The notes under the pieces were generated by a model. That model saw only the letters and a list, made by a program, of their open reading frames with translations. It searched no databases and was not told the DNA's origin. From an uncultured virus (IMG/VR IMGVR_UViG_2808606796_000002) (Duplodnaviria > Heunggongvirae > Uroviricota > Caudoviricetes), in IMG/VR virus record IMGVR_UViG_2808606796_000002: a DNA stretch of 64,000 nt; one strand, 5' to 3'. Below are positions 9,198 through 18,090 of the stretch, one piece after another. A program made the position numbers and the translations under genes. How positions within the stretch are numbered: the first letter of the stretch is position 1; every line of letters begins with the position of its first letter.

Positions 9198-10609
9198 ATG
9201 ATTTCAACCTGATCCCACAGAACCTTGAAGCTGAGCAAAGCGTGTTAGGCGGCCTGATGCTTGAAGCTGGCAGTGAGCGCAGTCAGATGGCGATGTCGAT
9301 GCTCAAACCTGAATCATTCTTCAGCCGCGCCCACCAGGTGATTTTTAGCGAAATGCGTGAACTGGTAGCCAGCCAGAAACCAATCGACCTGATAACTCTG
9401 ACAGAGTCACTTGAAGCAAAATCGGTGGCTAATCAGGCTGGTGGGTTTGCTTATCTGGCTGAACTCTCTAAGAACACGCCAAGTTCCGCGAACATAGTGC
9501 ATTACGCGTTAGTCGTTCGTGAAAAGGCGATGGAGCGTTATGGCATCGAAAAACTGGTAAGCGCCACCGAGCTTCTGTACTCACGCAACGGGATGACCAC
9601 GACCCAAAAGTTTGAAGCCATTCAGATCATGTTTACAGATATCACTGACCATGCAAAGACCGGCAGCCGCCGCGGACTGCGCCCACTGATTGAGGTGACT
9701 GAAAGCTGGACGGATGGGTTAGAAGGGCGGATGAACGGCGAGAAGGTGCGCGGCCTGACTACAGGCATTGGTTCTCTTGATGACTTACTGGGAGTCAAAC
9801 GCCTGGTTCGGGGATCACTTTTTGTTGTTGGTGCCCGTCCGAAGATGGGGAAAACCACTCTCTACTCGAGCATGGCTATCAACTGCGCAACCGTTGAAGA
9901 CGAACCGGCGTTGATGTTCAGCCTGGAAATGCCAGACGAGCAAATTCTGGAAAAGATTATTGCCCAGAAGGCGCGCATAAACCCAAACGTATTCTATCCC
10001 GACATGACGAAATCCGATTTTGGTTATCCGGGCGACTGGCAGGGTGACTTTAACAAGGTCCAGGGTGTTCTTGGTGCGCTCATCAGTACGAATAATCTCT
10101 ACATCGATGATACGGCAGGGCCAACCCTTTCGCACATTGTGGCGGAGGCCCGGCGCATAAAGCGATTACGCGGGAAGGTGGGCATGGTGCTGGTGGATTA
10201 CCTGACGCTTATGACTGCCGAAAAAGCTGAGCGTAACGACCTGGCGTTTGGCGCCATCACCAAGGGTTTAAAGAACCTCGCTAAAGAGCTGGATTGTGTG
10301 GTGGTGCTGTTGACTCAGTTAAACCGTGACCTGGAAAAACGAACCAACAAGCGTCCGTTACCAAGTGACTCACGTGATACGGGGCAAATCGAGCAGGATT
10401 GCGATTACTGGATCGGTATTTACCGGGAAGGTGCCTATGACGAGATGGCTAACCAGGCGGGCACCGAATTGCTGCTACGTCTAAACCGTCACGGCAATAG
10501 TGGCGTTGTTTTCTGCGAGCAGCGCTGCGGGGTTATTTACGATTGCGACCAGGAGGCTGAAGCACAAAAGCGTGAGACAGCAGCTCCGACTCAAAAGAGG
10601 ATGTTCTGA
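9194..10609 (+). CDS. Phage DnaB-like helicase
   Basis: AEQSVLGGL, GARPKMGKT, FSLEM, VDYL, QLNR, DTGQIEQD. Confidence 0.95.
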   Translation: MNDFNLIPQNLEAEQSVLGGLMLEAGSERSQMAMSMLKPESFFSRAHQVIFSEMRELVASQKPIDLITLTESLEAKSVANQAGGFAYLAELSKNTPSSANIVHYALVVREKAMERYGIEKLVSATELLYSRNGMTTTQKFEAIQIMFTDITDHAKTGSRRGLRPLIEVTESWTDGLEGRMNGEKVRGLTTGIGSLDDLLGVKRLVRGSLFVVGARPKMGKTTLYSSMAINCATVEDEPALMFSLEMPDEQILEKIIAQKARINPNVFYPDMTKSDFGYPGDWQGDFNKVQGVLGALISTNNLYIDDTAGPTLSHIVAEARRIKRLRGKVGMVLVDYLTLMTAEKAERNDLAFGAITKGLKNLAKELDCVVVLLTQLNRDLEKRTNKRPLPSDSRDTGQIEQDCDYWIGIYREGAYDEMANQAGTELLLRLNRHGNSGVVFCEQRCGVIYDCDQEAEAQKRETAAPTQKRMF

Positions 10610-11223
10610 TGAAAACAACAAACGCCGTGCAGGCAGCAATTCGTTTTCTTGAGGGGAGGGAGTCCACGCTTCCGGAGATTTCGGCAGCCATAAACATGGA
10701 GCCGCGCAAATGTTCCAATCTGCTTGGTGGCCTGCTACGCACTGGAACACTGACCCGCACAGGACGCATGCGACTTTATGTTTATTCGCTGTCACCAAAC
10801 TGCGTTACCCCTGAGCAGCTTTACAGTGAACGCATTCGGGTAGTGCACAAAATACTGGCAAACCAGAGCCGCATTACATTCAAAGATGTTAATGAGCTGC
10901 TTAATGAAACGCGCTGGGCGGTGAGACACTTCCTCGATGAGGCTTGCATGAGGAAAGACCTGGTAAAACAGGGCAAGCAAGGTTTCTTCCTGAGTTTTAG
11001 CCATTACGAAAGTTACGTTGAGAACATGCACAAGGAGCGCATGGCAAAACGACGAGTGATTTGTGCTGCTTACCGGGCGGCGCGTCGTGTATCAAAACCA
11101 AAAATCTGCGCTCAGCAGCCAGAAGTTCAAACGGCAGAAATCAATATCGTCTGCGAAGAATGCCGCCAGAACTGGCAGGGCTATCAGGTACATAAAATTT
11201 TCGGCAGTGGAGCACGCGCATGA
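10609..11223 (+). CDS. Winged-HTH hypothetical protein
   Basis: Coupled ORF; N-terminal wHTH-like pattern. Confidence 0.6.
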   Translation: MKTTNAVQAAIRFLEGRESTLPEISAAINMEPRKCSNLLGGLLRTGTLTRTGRMRLYVYSLSPNCVTPEQLYSERIRVVHKILANQSRITFKDVNELLNETRWAVRHFLDEACMRKDLVKQGKQGFFLSFSHYESYVENMHKERMAKRRVICAAYRAARRVSKPKICAQQPEVQTAEINIVCEECRQNWQGYQVHKIFGSGARA

Positions 11224-11657
11224 AGACCAAAACTCAGGAATTAGTCACGGCTGGCTATGCGCTGGCGAAAGAGCTTGATGCTGAATCTGCAAAGCTGGTG
11301 AAAGAGCTGGCTGACGAACTGGCAGTTCAGCGTGTGCGTGCCGACGAGCTAAACAAGCAGGTGGTTAACCTGGCGGTTGAGAGCTCGACCATTAAAACGA
11401 TGAATGATTGCCTCGCAGAAGAGTTGCGCGGCTATGAATCCGATGGCGCATTTGATGGGCCTGACATGCATAAGCTTTGGCATTCGCATGCAGGGGCGTT
11501 ACCAGCCACAGGCACCATGCTCGCAAACATTCAGGCGCAGGTATGGCTTGAAGCAAAAGACCTCGCTAAATCCATGTTGGCAGCAGATTCGGTAGACCAT
11601 ATTGATTTCCTGTTTGATGGGAAGGCGCAGCAGTTGCGCGAGGAGGCTGGCAAATGA
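11220..11657 (+). CDS. Ead/Eaa-like hypothetical protein
   Basis: Coupled ORF, coiled-coil. Confidence 0.55.
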   Translation: MKTKTQELVTAGYALAKELDAESAKLVKELADELAVQRVRADELNKQVVNLAVESSTIKTMNDCLAEELRGYESDGAFDGPDMHKLWHSHAGALPATGTMLANIQAQVWLEAKDLAKSMLAADSVDHIDFLFDGKAQQLREEAGK

Positions 11658-11968
11658 TCATAAAATTTGAAGCTGTACCAGTTGAACGCGACCAATACGG
11701 CTACTGGACTCACCCAGAATACGAAAAATTCTGCGACGGCCGCGAGTCTATTTCTTCCGAGGAATTTAACTCTTGGATGGTACGGAACGGCCTGGAATGG
11801 CGCACGGAATATCGTGACGAAGACGATATTGATCCGAGCGTTGATGGATATGACATTTCCGCGTGGCAACCATCAGGAATAAAAGGCGATGGCTGGTTCG
11901 TTGGCTCTATTCATGACACCGAAGATGGCGCTGTGTGCATCTGGCTGCGCAAGGAAGCTGGAAAATGA
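11654..11968 (+). CDS. Hypothetical acidic phage protein
   Basis: RDQYGYWTHP...WFVGSIHDTEDG; ATGA overlaps. Confidence 0.65.
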   Translation: MIIKFEAVPVERDQYGYWTHPEYEKFCDGRESISSEEFNSWMVRNGLEWRTEYRDEDDIDPSVDGYDISAWQPSGIKGDGWFVGSIHDTEDGAVCIWLRKEAGK

Positions 11969-12615
11969 AAAATCGCTTTTATCTGGCCTGCACCCGCGAA
12001 ACTGTTGGCACCAACATGTCTTTTCATTGTGTGAATGGTAACGGCTATAGCGCCAATGTTGGCCTTGCCCATACGTACACACGTGAAGAAGCACAAGCGG
12101 CATGGGACAGTGGCCGGGAGATTGAGTTGCCGGTTTCTGCTGATGATGTTGATGCGCTCACCGTTCTCCACGTCGACCATCAGTACGTACCAGGTAAAAC
12201 TACTATCGAACCTGGTTGTGTGAAATATGTCGGCTTCGTTAAAGGTCAATGGGATGGCAACGACCTTTACTGGTTGTGTAATGGCTCGTTACCAACTACC
12301 GATTTCAGCAAGGCATCAACTTTTGAATCGCCTACTGATAGCGCTGAAATTGTATGGCTTCCGTTCCATCTCGCTGATGCGGTTAAGCGTCGTACCTTCA
12401 ACATCAACCTTCTCGATCGACGTCGCATGATTCAGGGCGCAGGGCTGAAAACCCCTGATCATATTAAGCGCTATAAACGCCGTAAGGGTTCATCCGGGAA
12501 AGTTCGCTGGAATTGCCCGTGCTGTGGAAAAATCAGCTGGCAACTGAACCCATACGATTTCGACGGCTGCCGAAATATTAGCTGTGAAGAATGGAGACCA
12601 CGCTATGAGCAATAA
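11965..12615 (+). CDS. Hypothetical protein with C-terminal Cys cluster
   Basis: ATGA overlap; WNCPCCG...GCRNISC. Confidence 0.65.
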   Translation: MKNRFYLACTRETVGTNMSFHCVNGNGYSANVGLAHTYTREEAQAAWDSGREIELPVSADDVDALTVLHVDHQYVPGKTTIEPGCVKYVGFVKGQWDGNDLYWLCNGSLPTTDFSKASTFESPTDSAEIVWLPFHLADAVKRRTFNINLLDRRRMIQGAGLKTPDHIKRYKRRKGSSGKVRWNCPCCGKISWQLNPYDFDGCRNISCEEWRPRYEQ

Positions 12616-13372
12616 AATCGAAGCGTTGGCCACGCCTTCAATCCTCGATATGTGCTGCGGCTCCCGTATGTTCTGGCTCGATAAGGAGGATGAGCGCGCT
12701 GTGTTCACCGACATTCGCAGCGAAGAACACACACTATGTGACGGTCGCCGCCTAGTTATTCGCCCTGATCTGATTGCCGACTTCCGCTCGCTGCCGTTCG
12801 CCAATGATTCTTTCCCGGTCGTTGTGTTCGACCCGCCACACCTTGAGCGTGTTGGCGATAGCGCCTGGATGGGTAAGAAGTACGGGAAATTGAACAAAGA
12901 AACGTGGCGCGATGATTTGCGTGCCGGGTTCGCTGAAGCGTTCAGGGTATTGCGGCCACACGGCGTGCTCATCTTCAAATGGAACGAAACCCAAATACCG
13001 GTTAGCCAGATTCTGGCGCTTACGCCAGAGAAACCGATCATCGGGCAGCGCACTGGCAAAGAAGATAAAACGCACTGGATTATTTTCGTCAAAGGCCACG
13101 CCATGGATAACGGATTGGAAACTCTCGTGCGGTACGCGACTAAGCGCATCGTCGAACTTGAGTCTTTGCTGCTGATGGACGCTCAGGAAACAGTATGGCC
13201 TGCCGAAGTAGGTATGGTTTATTCCCAGATTGAAAGTGCCGGTGTATTACCGGCGCATCACCAGTGCCGCCTGAAGCATCACATCAATCGCATGTGGCTG
13301 GAGCAAATGCCGGTACCGTCAATTATCACAGCCGCTCGTTCGCTGGCCAACGCCATGGAGAAATACGCGTGA
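12605..13372 (+). CDS. SAM-dependent amino-methyltransferase fused to an extra C-terminal module
   Basis: ILDMCCGSRMFW (motif I), VVFDPPH (motif IV). Confidence 0.8.
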   Translation: MSNKIEALATPSILDMCCGSRMFWLDKEDERAVFTDIRSEEHTLCDGRRLVIRPDLIADFRSLPFANDSFPVVVFDPPHLERVGDSAWMGKKYGKLNKETWRDDLRAGFAEAFRVLRPHGVLIFKWNETQIPVSQILALTPEKPIIGQRTGKEDKTHWIIFVKGHAMDNGLETLVRYATKRIVELESLLLMDAQETVWPAEVGMVYSQIESAGVLPAHHQCRLKHHINRMWLEQMPVPSIITAARSLANAMEKYA

Positions 13373-15240
13373 GAGAAATTATCGTTGATAACTTTGCTGG
13401 TGGCGGTGGCGCGAGTACCGGTATAGAGATGGCAATCGGTCGCAGTGTGGATATTGCGATTAACCACGATGTGAACGCGGTGGCGATGCACACCACCAAT
13501 CACCCTGACACGCTGCACTATTGCGAATCAGTGTTCGATATCGACCCGAAGCAAGCGACCGCAGGTAATGCAGTTGGCCTGGCGTGGTTCTCGCCTGACT
13601 GCCGCCACTTCAGCAAAGCGAAAGGCTCGAAGCCGGTAGCGCGGGAGATTCGAGGGCTGGCCTGGATTGTGCTTCGCTGGGCGTTGGCGGTTCGCCCTCG
13701 AGTGATGATGCTGGAGAATGTGGAAGAGTTCAAAACGTGGGGGCCGTTGCTGGTGGATGAAAATGGCGATCAGCGACCAGATCCGAAACGTGCCGGTGAA
13801 ACCTTTGCTGCGTTCGTTGGCATGCTGGGCGCTGGTATTGATGCAGGGCATCCAGCACTGACTGAAGCTTGTGACTTCCTCGGTATTGAGCCAAACAGCA
13901 GTGACGCACTTCGCCTGGTTAACGGGCTTGGCTATGACGTTGATTCTCGCGAGCTGCGAGCATGCGACTACGGCGCGCCAACAATCCGCAAACGCTTCTT
14001 CATGGTGATGCGTTGCGACGGGCAGCCGGTTACATGGCCTGCGCCATCACACGGTGACCCGAAGTCGCTGGGAGTGCTAAACGGCACGCTCAAACCGTGG
14101 CGCACAGCTGCGGAATGTATCGACTGGACGCTTAATTGCCCGAGCATCTTTGAGCGCAAGCGTCCACTGGCCGCCAATACGCTTAAACGCATTGCCCGGG
14201 GCATTCAGCGCTTCGTTATCGATAATCCATCGCCGTTTATCGTGAAGTGCAACCACACCAGCACGCGGACGAAGTACGACTGTTTCCGTGGGCAGTCGCT
14301 GGATGAGCCATTGCAGACCATCACCAAAACGCATGGCTATGCGATTGCGGTACCGCACATCACTAAGTTCAGAACTGGCGCGACCGGACAGGATTGCCGA
14401 GAGCCGGTACCCACAGTAACCGCTGGAACATCAAAGCGTCCTGGTGGGAATGGTCATGCGCTGGGCATGGTGGAAACTATTCTTTCACCATTCCTGGCTG
14501 GAAATGGCGGTGGAGAGTATCAAGCAAAACCTCGTCCGTTAGATAAGCCAGCTCACACCATCTTGAAAGAGTCCCATGCTTGTGTCGTCGCGCCTGTTAT
14601 TGCTCGACAGTTCGGCAACAGCATCGGTCATCAGATTGATGAACCCAGCGCCACTATCACCGCTGGTGGCGGGGGCAAATCCCAGCTTGTTACCGCAAAT
14701 CTCGTTAAGCATTTTGGAGGCAACTACTCGGGGCCAGGTGTCTCGATGGATGAGCCGGTGCATTCGGTGACAACAGTGGACCATCACGCGCTCGTTACAT
14801 CCCACCTCGTCATGCTGCGGGGAACATGCAAAGACGGTCGGGTAGTAGATGCGCCAGCACCTGGCTTGACGGCTGGCGGCCTGCACGTTGGCAACGTCGA
14901 GACTTATCTGGCAGTTGATGAGTATGACGAACAGCGCGCAGAGCAGGTATCAGCCTTTCTGCGTGAATATTGCGGTGACGATTATCGGGAGTTTGTGACC
15001 GTGGAAGGCGTGACTTACCGGATTGTCGATATTGGTATGCGCATGCTTCAGCCGCATGAGCTTTATCGCGCCCAGGGTTTCCCTGAATGGTACATCATCG
15101 ACCAGGACTACCGCGGCGTGAAGTATGCCAAGGATAAGCAAGTAGCGAGATGTGGCAATGCGGTGCCGCCGCCATTCGCTGAGGCGCTGGTACGCGCCAA
15201 CTTGCCTGAACTCTGCGGGGTGAAAGAACAGGCTGCGTGA
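13369..15240 (+). CDS. DNA cytosine-C5 methyltransferase
   Basis: DNFAGGGG, SPDCRHFS, LENV, GAPTIRKR, AQGFP, CGNAV. Confidence 0.92.
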   Translation: MREIIVDNFAGGGGASTGIEMAIGRSVDIAINHDVNAVAMHTTNHPDTLHYCESVFDIDPKQATAGNAVGLAWFSPDCRHFSKAKGSKPVAREIRGLAWIVLRWALAVRPRVMMLENVEEFKTWGPLLVDENGDQRPDPKRAGETFAAFVGMLGAGIDAGHPALTEACDFLGIEPNSSDALRLVNGLGYDVDSRELRACDYGAPTIRKRFFMVMRCDGQPVTWPAPSHGDPKSLGVLNGTLKPWRTAAECIDWTLNCPSIFERKRPLAANTLKRIARGIQRFVIDNPSPFIVKCNHTSTRTKYDCFRGQSLDEPLQTITKTHGYAIAVPHITKFRTGATGQDCREPVPTVTAGTSKRPGGNGHALGMVETILSPFLAGNGGGEYQAKPRPLDKPAHTILKESHACVVAPVIARQFGNSIGHQIDEPSATITAGGGGKSQLVTANLVKHFGGNYSGPGVSMDEPVHSVTTVDHHALVTSHLVMLRGTCKDGRVVDAPAPGLTAGGLHVGNVETYLAVDEYDEQRAEQVSAFLREYCGDDYREFVTVEGVTYRIVDIGMRMLQPHELYRAQGFPEWYIIDQDYRGVKYAKDKQVARCGNAVPPPFAEALVRANLPELCGVKEQAA

Positions 15241-15623
15241 CTTAAGCGAACACACAGGCCACCTAAGCAGTGGCCTTATTACTGCCTTCTATGATCGATT
15301 TAACCGATCGATAGCATCGCATTGATCAATGAAAGTGATTAATTAGCGAGCACGGAACAGCAACAAATTTTCAACCTGCCTTCAGCGCTGGCGGTCGTTT
15401 AGGTTTCGTTTAGTTCGACACTTGCCTGTGTCATTGCGTGACATGAAGTGACGAAACGCAGTCATTCAATCAGTTAACCTCGACATATTTGCCGCTCGGC
15501 ATTCGTTAACACTAACGATCAAATTTTGATCTAATGTAGCGAAAAAGATTATTAAAATCATCCAGATAAATAACCTTGCATAGATACATAGTTTTTGTGC
15601 ATACTTGGAAAAAGAAAATAATA

Positions 15624-15639
15624 CTGTGTTTATGTACAG
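15624..15639. promoter_or_regulatory. LexA (SOS) box
   Basis: taCTGTGTTTATGTACAGt (CTG-N10-CAG). Confidence 0.8.
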
Positions 15640-15825
15640 TTAATATATTCTGTATGTTTACTCGATGGTAGCAAAAACTACTGAATGCATTTTTAGGGAT
15701 TTTTATTTCCGCGCAGGTTATTAGGAAAAAAGTCGACTTTGCTAAAGTGGTTACGCATAGCCGAGATGGCTTTGCAAAGTGGGATTCTGGGTCCCGAAAA
15801 TTAATCAGTACGGAAGGGGGTTGAT

Positions 15826-16041
15826 GTGTCTCAAGCAAGTTCTGAGGGTAGTGATTCTTACGATCTAGTGAGACGCTCCGATGGTGCAATAAAGTGCTCC
15901 TTCAAGCTCAAGGCGGGAGAGCGATTGTTGTTAAACAATGGTGGTGTAGAAATAGGCCACAAGCTCCTGCAGAAAGACGAGCGCATTATCTCTCGAGCGA
16001 CACTGGTTGAGATGGTCAAAGAGATATCTTCCAGCAATTGA
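15826..16041 (+). CDS. Small protein downstream of LexA box (antirepressor candidate)
   Basis: 71-aa ORF with AAGGGGG SD; function inferred from position only. Confidence 0.55.
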   Translation: MSQASSEGSDSYDLVRRSDGAIKCSFKLKAGERLLLNNGGVEIGHKLLQKDERIISRATLVEMVKEISSSN

Positions 16042-16073
16042 CCTTTGCAAGACATGGCTTGCATAATACAACT

Positions 16074-16135
16074 ATCGGTCTGAACACCCGATAACCTGAC
16101 TACGATGCGCCACGGAGAACACCATGGCGCAAAAA
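16074..16135 (+). ncRNA. IsrK-like structured leader/sRNA
   Basis: Promoter TTGACC-18-CATAAT (16038-16067); hairpins ATCGG/CCGAT and TGCGCCA/TGGCGCA enclosing SD and ATG. Confidence 0.5.
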
Positions 16136-16222
16136 TACTACCAATCTGAACTCTCTCGCCTGACGTTATCCGACGCCAGCGTTTCTTTGCATTCAGCGTT
16201 CGCCCTTGGGGGTGACGCGTGA
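16124..16222 (+). CDS. 32-aa leader peptide coupled to next gene
   Basis: MAQKYYQSELSRLTLSDASVSLHSAFALGGDA; stop overlaps GTG at 16219. Confidence 0.55.
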   Translation: MAQKYYQSELSRLTLSDASVSLHSAFALGGDA

Positions 16223-16674
16223 ACTTTCCAAAAGAGGGCGTTCGCCTTCACCAGACAAACTTCGGCGCCATAGGCCAACAACTCCAGCCGCTTTTAGCTG
16301 GTGGTGATTGCTATCGCCTGATAATCAAACCTTGGCGTGATAAGCGCAGCCTACCGCAGAACGCGTTAAGCCATATGTGGTACGGAGAAATCAGTGAATA
16401 TCTGATTCGTTCGGGCCGTACTGAAGCTACTCCCGAGTGGGTGAAGCGCAACCTCAAAAAAACCTATCTCGGTAGCGTGGAAATAACCTACACCGATTTC
16501 ATCACTGGCGAGAAAGCCACAACGTGGGAACCGCGACACACTTCTGATCTGGATGCAGGGGAAATGCATCACTTCCTGGGCCAGGTCGAGATGTGGTGCG
16601 CTCAGTTCGGCCTGTTCCTCACTATCCCGCACGGCTGCGAGTATCAGCAGCTGCGCGACCAGCAGAATCAGTGA
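16219..16674 (+). CDS. YbcN/NinB-like protein
   Basis: KPWRDKRSLPQNALSHMW...TSDLDAGEM. Confidence 0.85.
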   Translation: MNFPKEGVRLHQTNFGAIGQQLQPLLAGGDCYRLIIKPWRDKRSLPQNALSHMWYGEISEYLIRSGRTEATPEWVKRNLKKTYLGSVEITYTDFITGEKATTWEPRHTSDLDAGEMHHFLGQVEMWCAQFGLFLTIPHGCEYQQLRDQQNQ

Positions 16675-16681
16675 GGTGAGC

Positions 16682-17239
16682 ATGGCTAAGCAACCTCGCC
16701 GCAAGTGCAAAGTCTGTCGTGAGTGGTTCCATCCGGTGTATTCAAACGTCTGGTGGTGCAGCCCTGAGCATGGTGCGCAGTACGCGCTTGCGCTGCGCAG
16801 TAACGAAAAAAAGAAAGCAGAAGAAGAGCGCCAGGCAAAGCGCCGTCAGGCAGTCAAACCGATGAGTTACTTTATTGGTCAGGCGCAACAGGCCTTTAAT
16901 GACTTCATCCGGTACCGCGACAGATTTAAGCCGTGCATCAGCTGCGGTCGCCACCATGACGGCCAATACCATGCAGGCCACTACCGCACGACTGGCGCGA
17001 GCCCGGAGCTACGCTTCCACGAAGACAACTGCCATAAGCAATGCGCGCCCTGCAATAACCATCTATCCGGGAACCTTGCCGCGTACAGGCCAAAGCTCAT
17101 TCTCAAAATCGGTCAGGCTCGATTCGATGCACTGATGGGGCCGCACGAACTACCGAAGTGGCGACGTGATGACTACATCGAAATTCGCAATACCTACCGG
17201 GCAAAGCTCAAAGAACTCAAACAGCAGGAGGCAGCGTGA
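16682..17239 (+). CDS. ninG: NinG/Rap endonuclease
   Basis: CISCG...HAGHYRTTGASPELRFHEDNCHKQCAPCN. Confidence 0.9.
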   Translation: MAKQPRRKCKVCREWFHPVYSNVWWCSPEHGAQYALALRSNEKKKAEEERQAKRRQAVKPMSYFIGQAQQAFNDFIRYRDRFKPCISCGRHHDGQYHAGHYRTTGASPELRFHEDNCHKQCAPCNNHLSGNLAAYRPKLILKIGQARFDALMGPHELPKWRRDDYIEIRNTYRAKLKELKQQEAA

Positions 17240-17925
17240 ATCAGCAATATCTTCAGTACGTCCGCGAAGAACTCATGGTGGCCACTGCCGATTTAAGCGG
17301 AGCAACGAAAGGGCAACTGGTAGCGTTCGCCGAGAATGCGCAGTTCGATACCGGCCGATATAAGCGCAAGCGTCGTCGAATCCTCGATGAGGCAACGGGC
17401 AAAATGATTACGCTTCCGGGCGACCCGGTGCCGGGCCAACAATCGAGAGCGAAAGGCTCATCCATAGCACTCGTTCAGCCGGTTGAGTTTCGCACCGCAT
17501 CATGGCGCCGCGCTTTGGCTACGCTCGATACGCACGAACACGCCTGGCTTTCATGGTGCTATGCGGGGGATTTGTCTTTTGCTCATCAGGTTGCGATAAC
17601 TGAATGGGCATGGGCTGAATTTAAAGCGGCGCTAGGAAGCAAGAAGATAGCGGGCAAAACGGTGAAGCGATTGCAGGCTCTCGTATGGCTAGCAGCGCAG
17701 GATGTTAACCAACAGATTAAAGGGCAGGACCCATATCAGTATGGAGACCTTGCTCATTTGATTGGTGTGGCACCTGATAATTGGAGCAAGAATTACAGGC
17801 AGTACTGGGATGCCTTGGAAGCCACGTTTAAGCAACTTGATAGAAGTTCACTCCTGGCAGTGTCGCGAACACGATCACAACATAAATCGACTTTTTCGCA
17901 GCAGGTTGTTGCAAAAGTCAATTAA
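17236..17925 (+). CDS. Antitermination protein Q
   Basis: YVREELMVATADLSGATKGQL; located before late promoter. Confidence 0.85.
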   Translation: MNQQYLQYVREELMVATADLSGATKGQLVAFAENAQFDTGRYKRKRRRILDEATGKMITLPGDPVPGQQSRAKGSSIALVQPVEFRTASWRRALATLDTHEHAWLSWCYAGDLSFAHQVAITEWAWAEFKAALGSKKIAGKTVKRLQALVWLAAQDVNQQIKGQDPYQYGDLAHLIGVAPDNWSKNYRQYWDALEATFKQLDRSSLLAVSRTRSQHKSTFSQQVVAKVN

Positions 17926-18019
17926 ATGCGCCATATTTAAGCCTAATTTGATATTGTGCCATCAGTGCATTTGGTGGCAGTAAGCAAGTTACCAATGAAC
18001 CCGCCGAGTGCGGGTTTTT
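17909..18019 (+). promoter_or_regulatory. Late promoter pR' and terminator tR'
   Basis: TTGCAA-17-CATATT; AACCCGC-cgagt-GCGGGTTTTT at 17998-18019. Confidence 0.65.
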
Positions 18020-18090
18020 GCGTAAAGAAACTATTAACAACTGCTTTAAAAGTGGTGAAATCTCCACATCATCCTTCATTCTTGAAAGAT

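Noticed and set aside
15512..15889. 125-aa minus-strand ORF
   Set aside because: Overlaps the LexA promoter region and the 71-aa gene; no SD or motif
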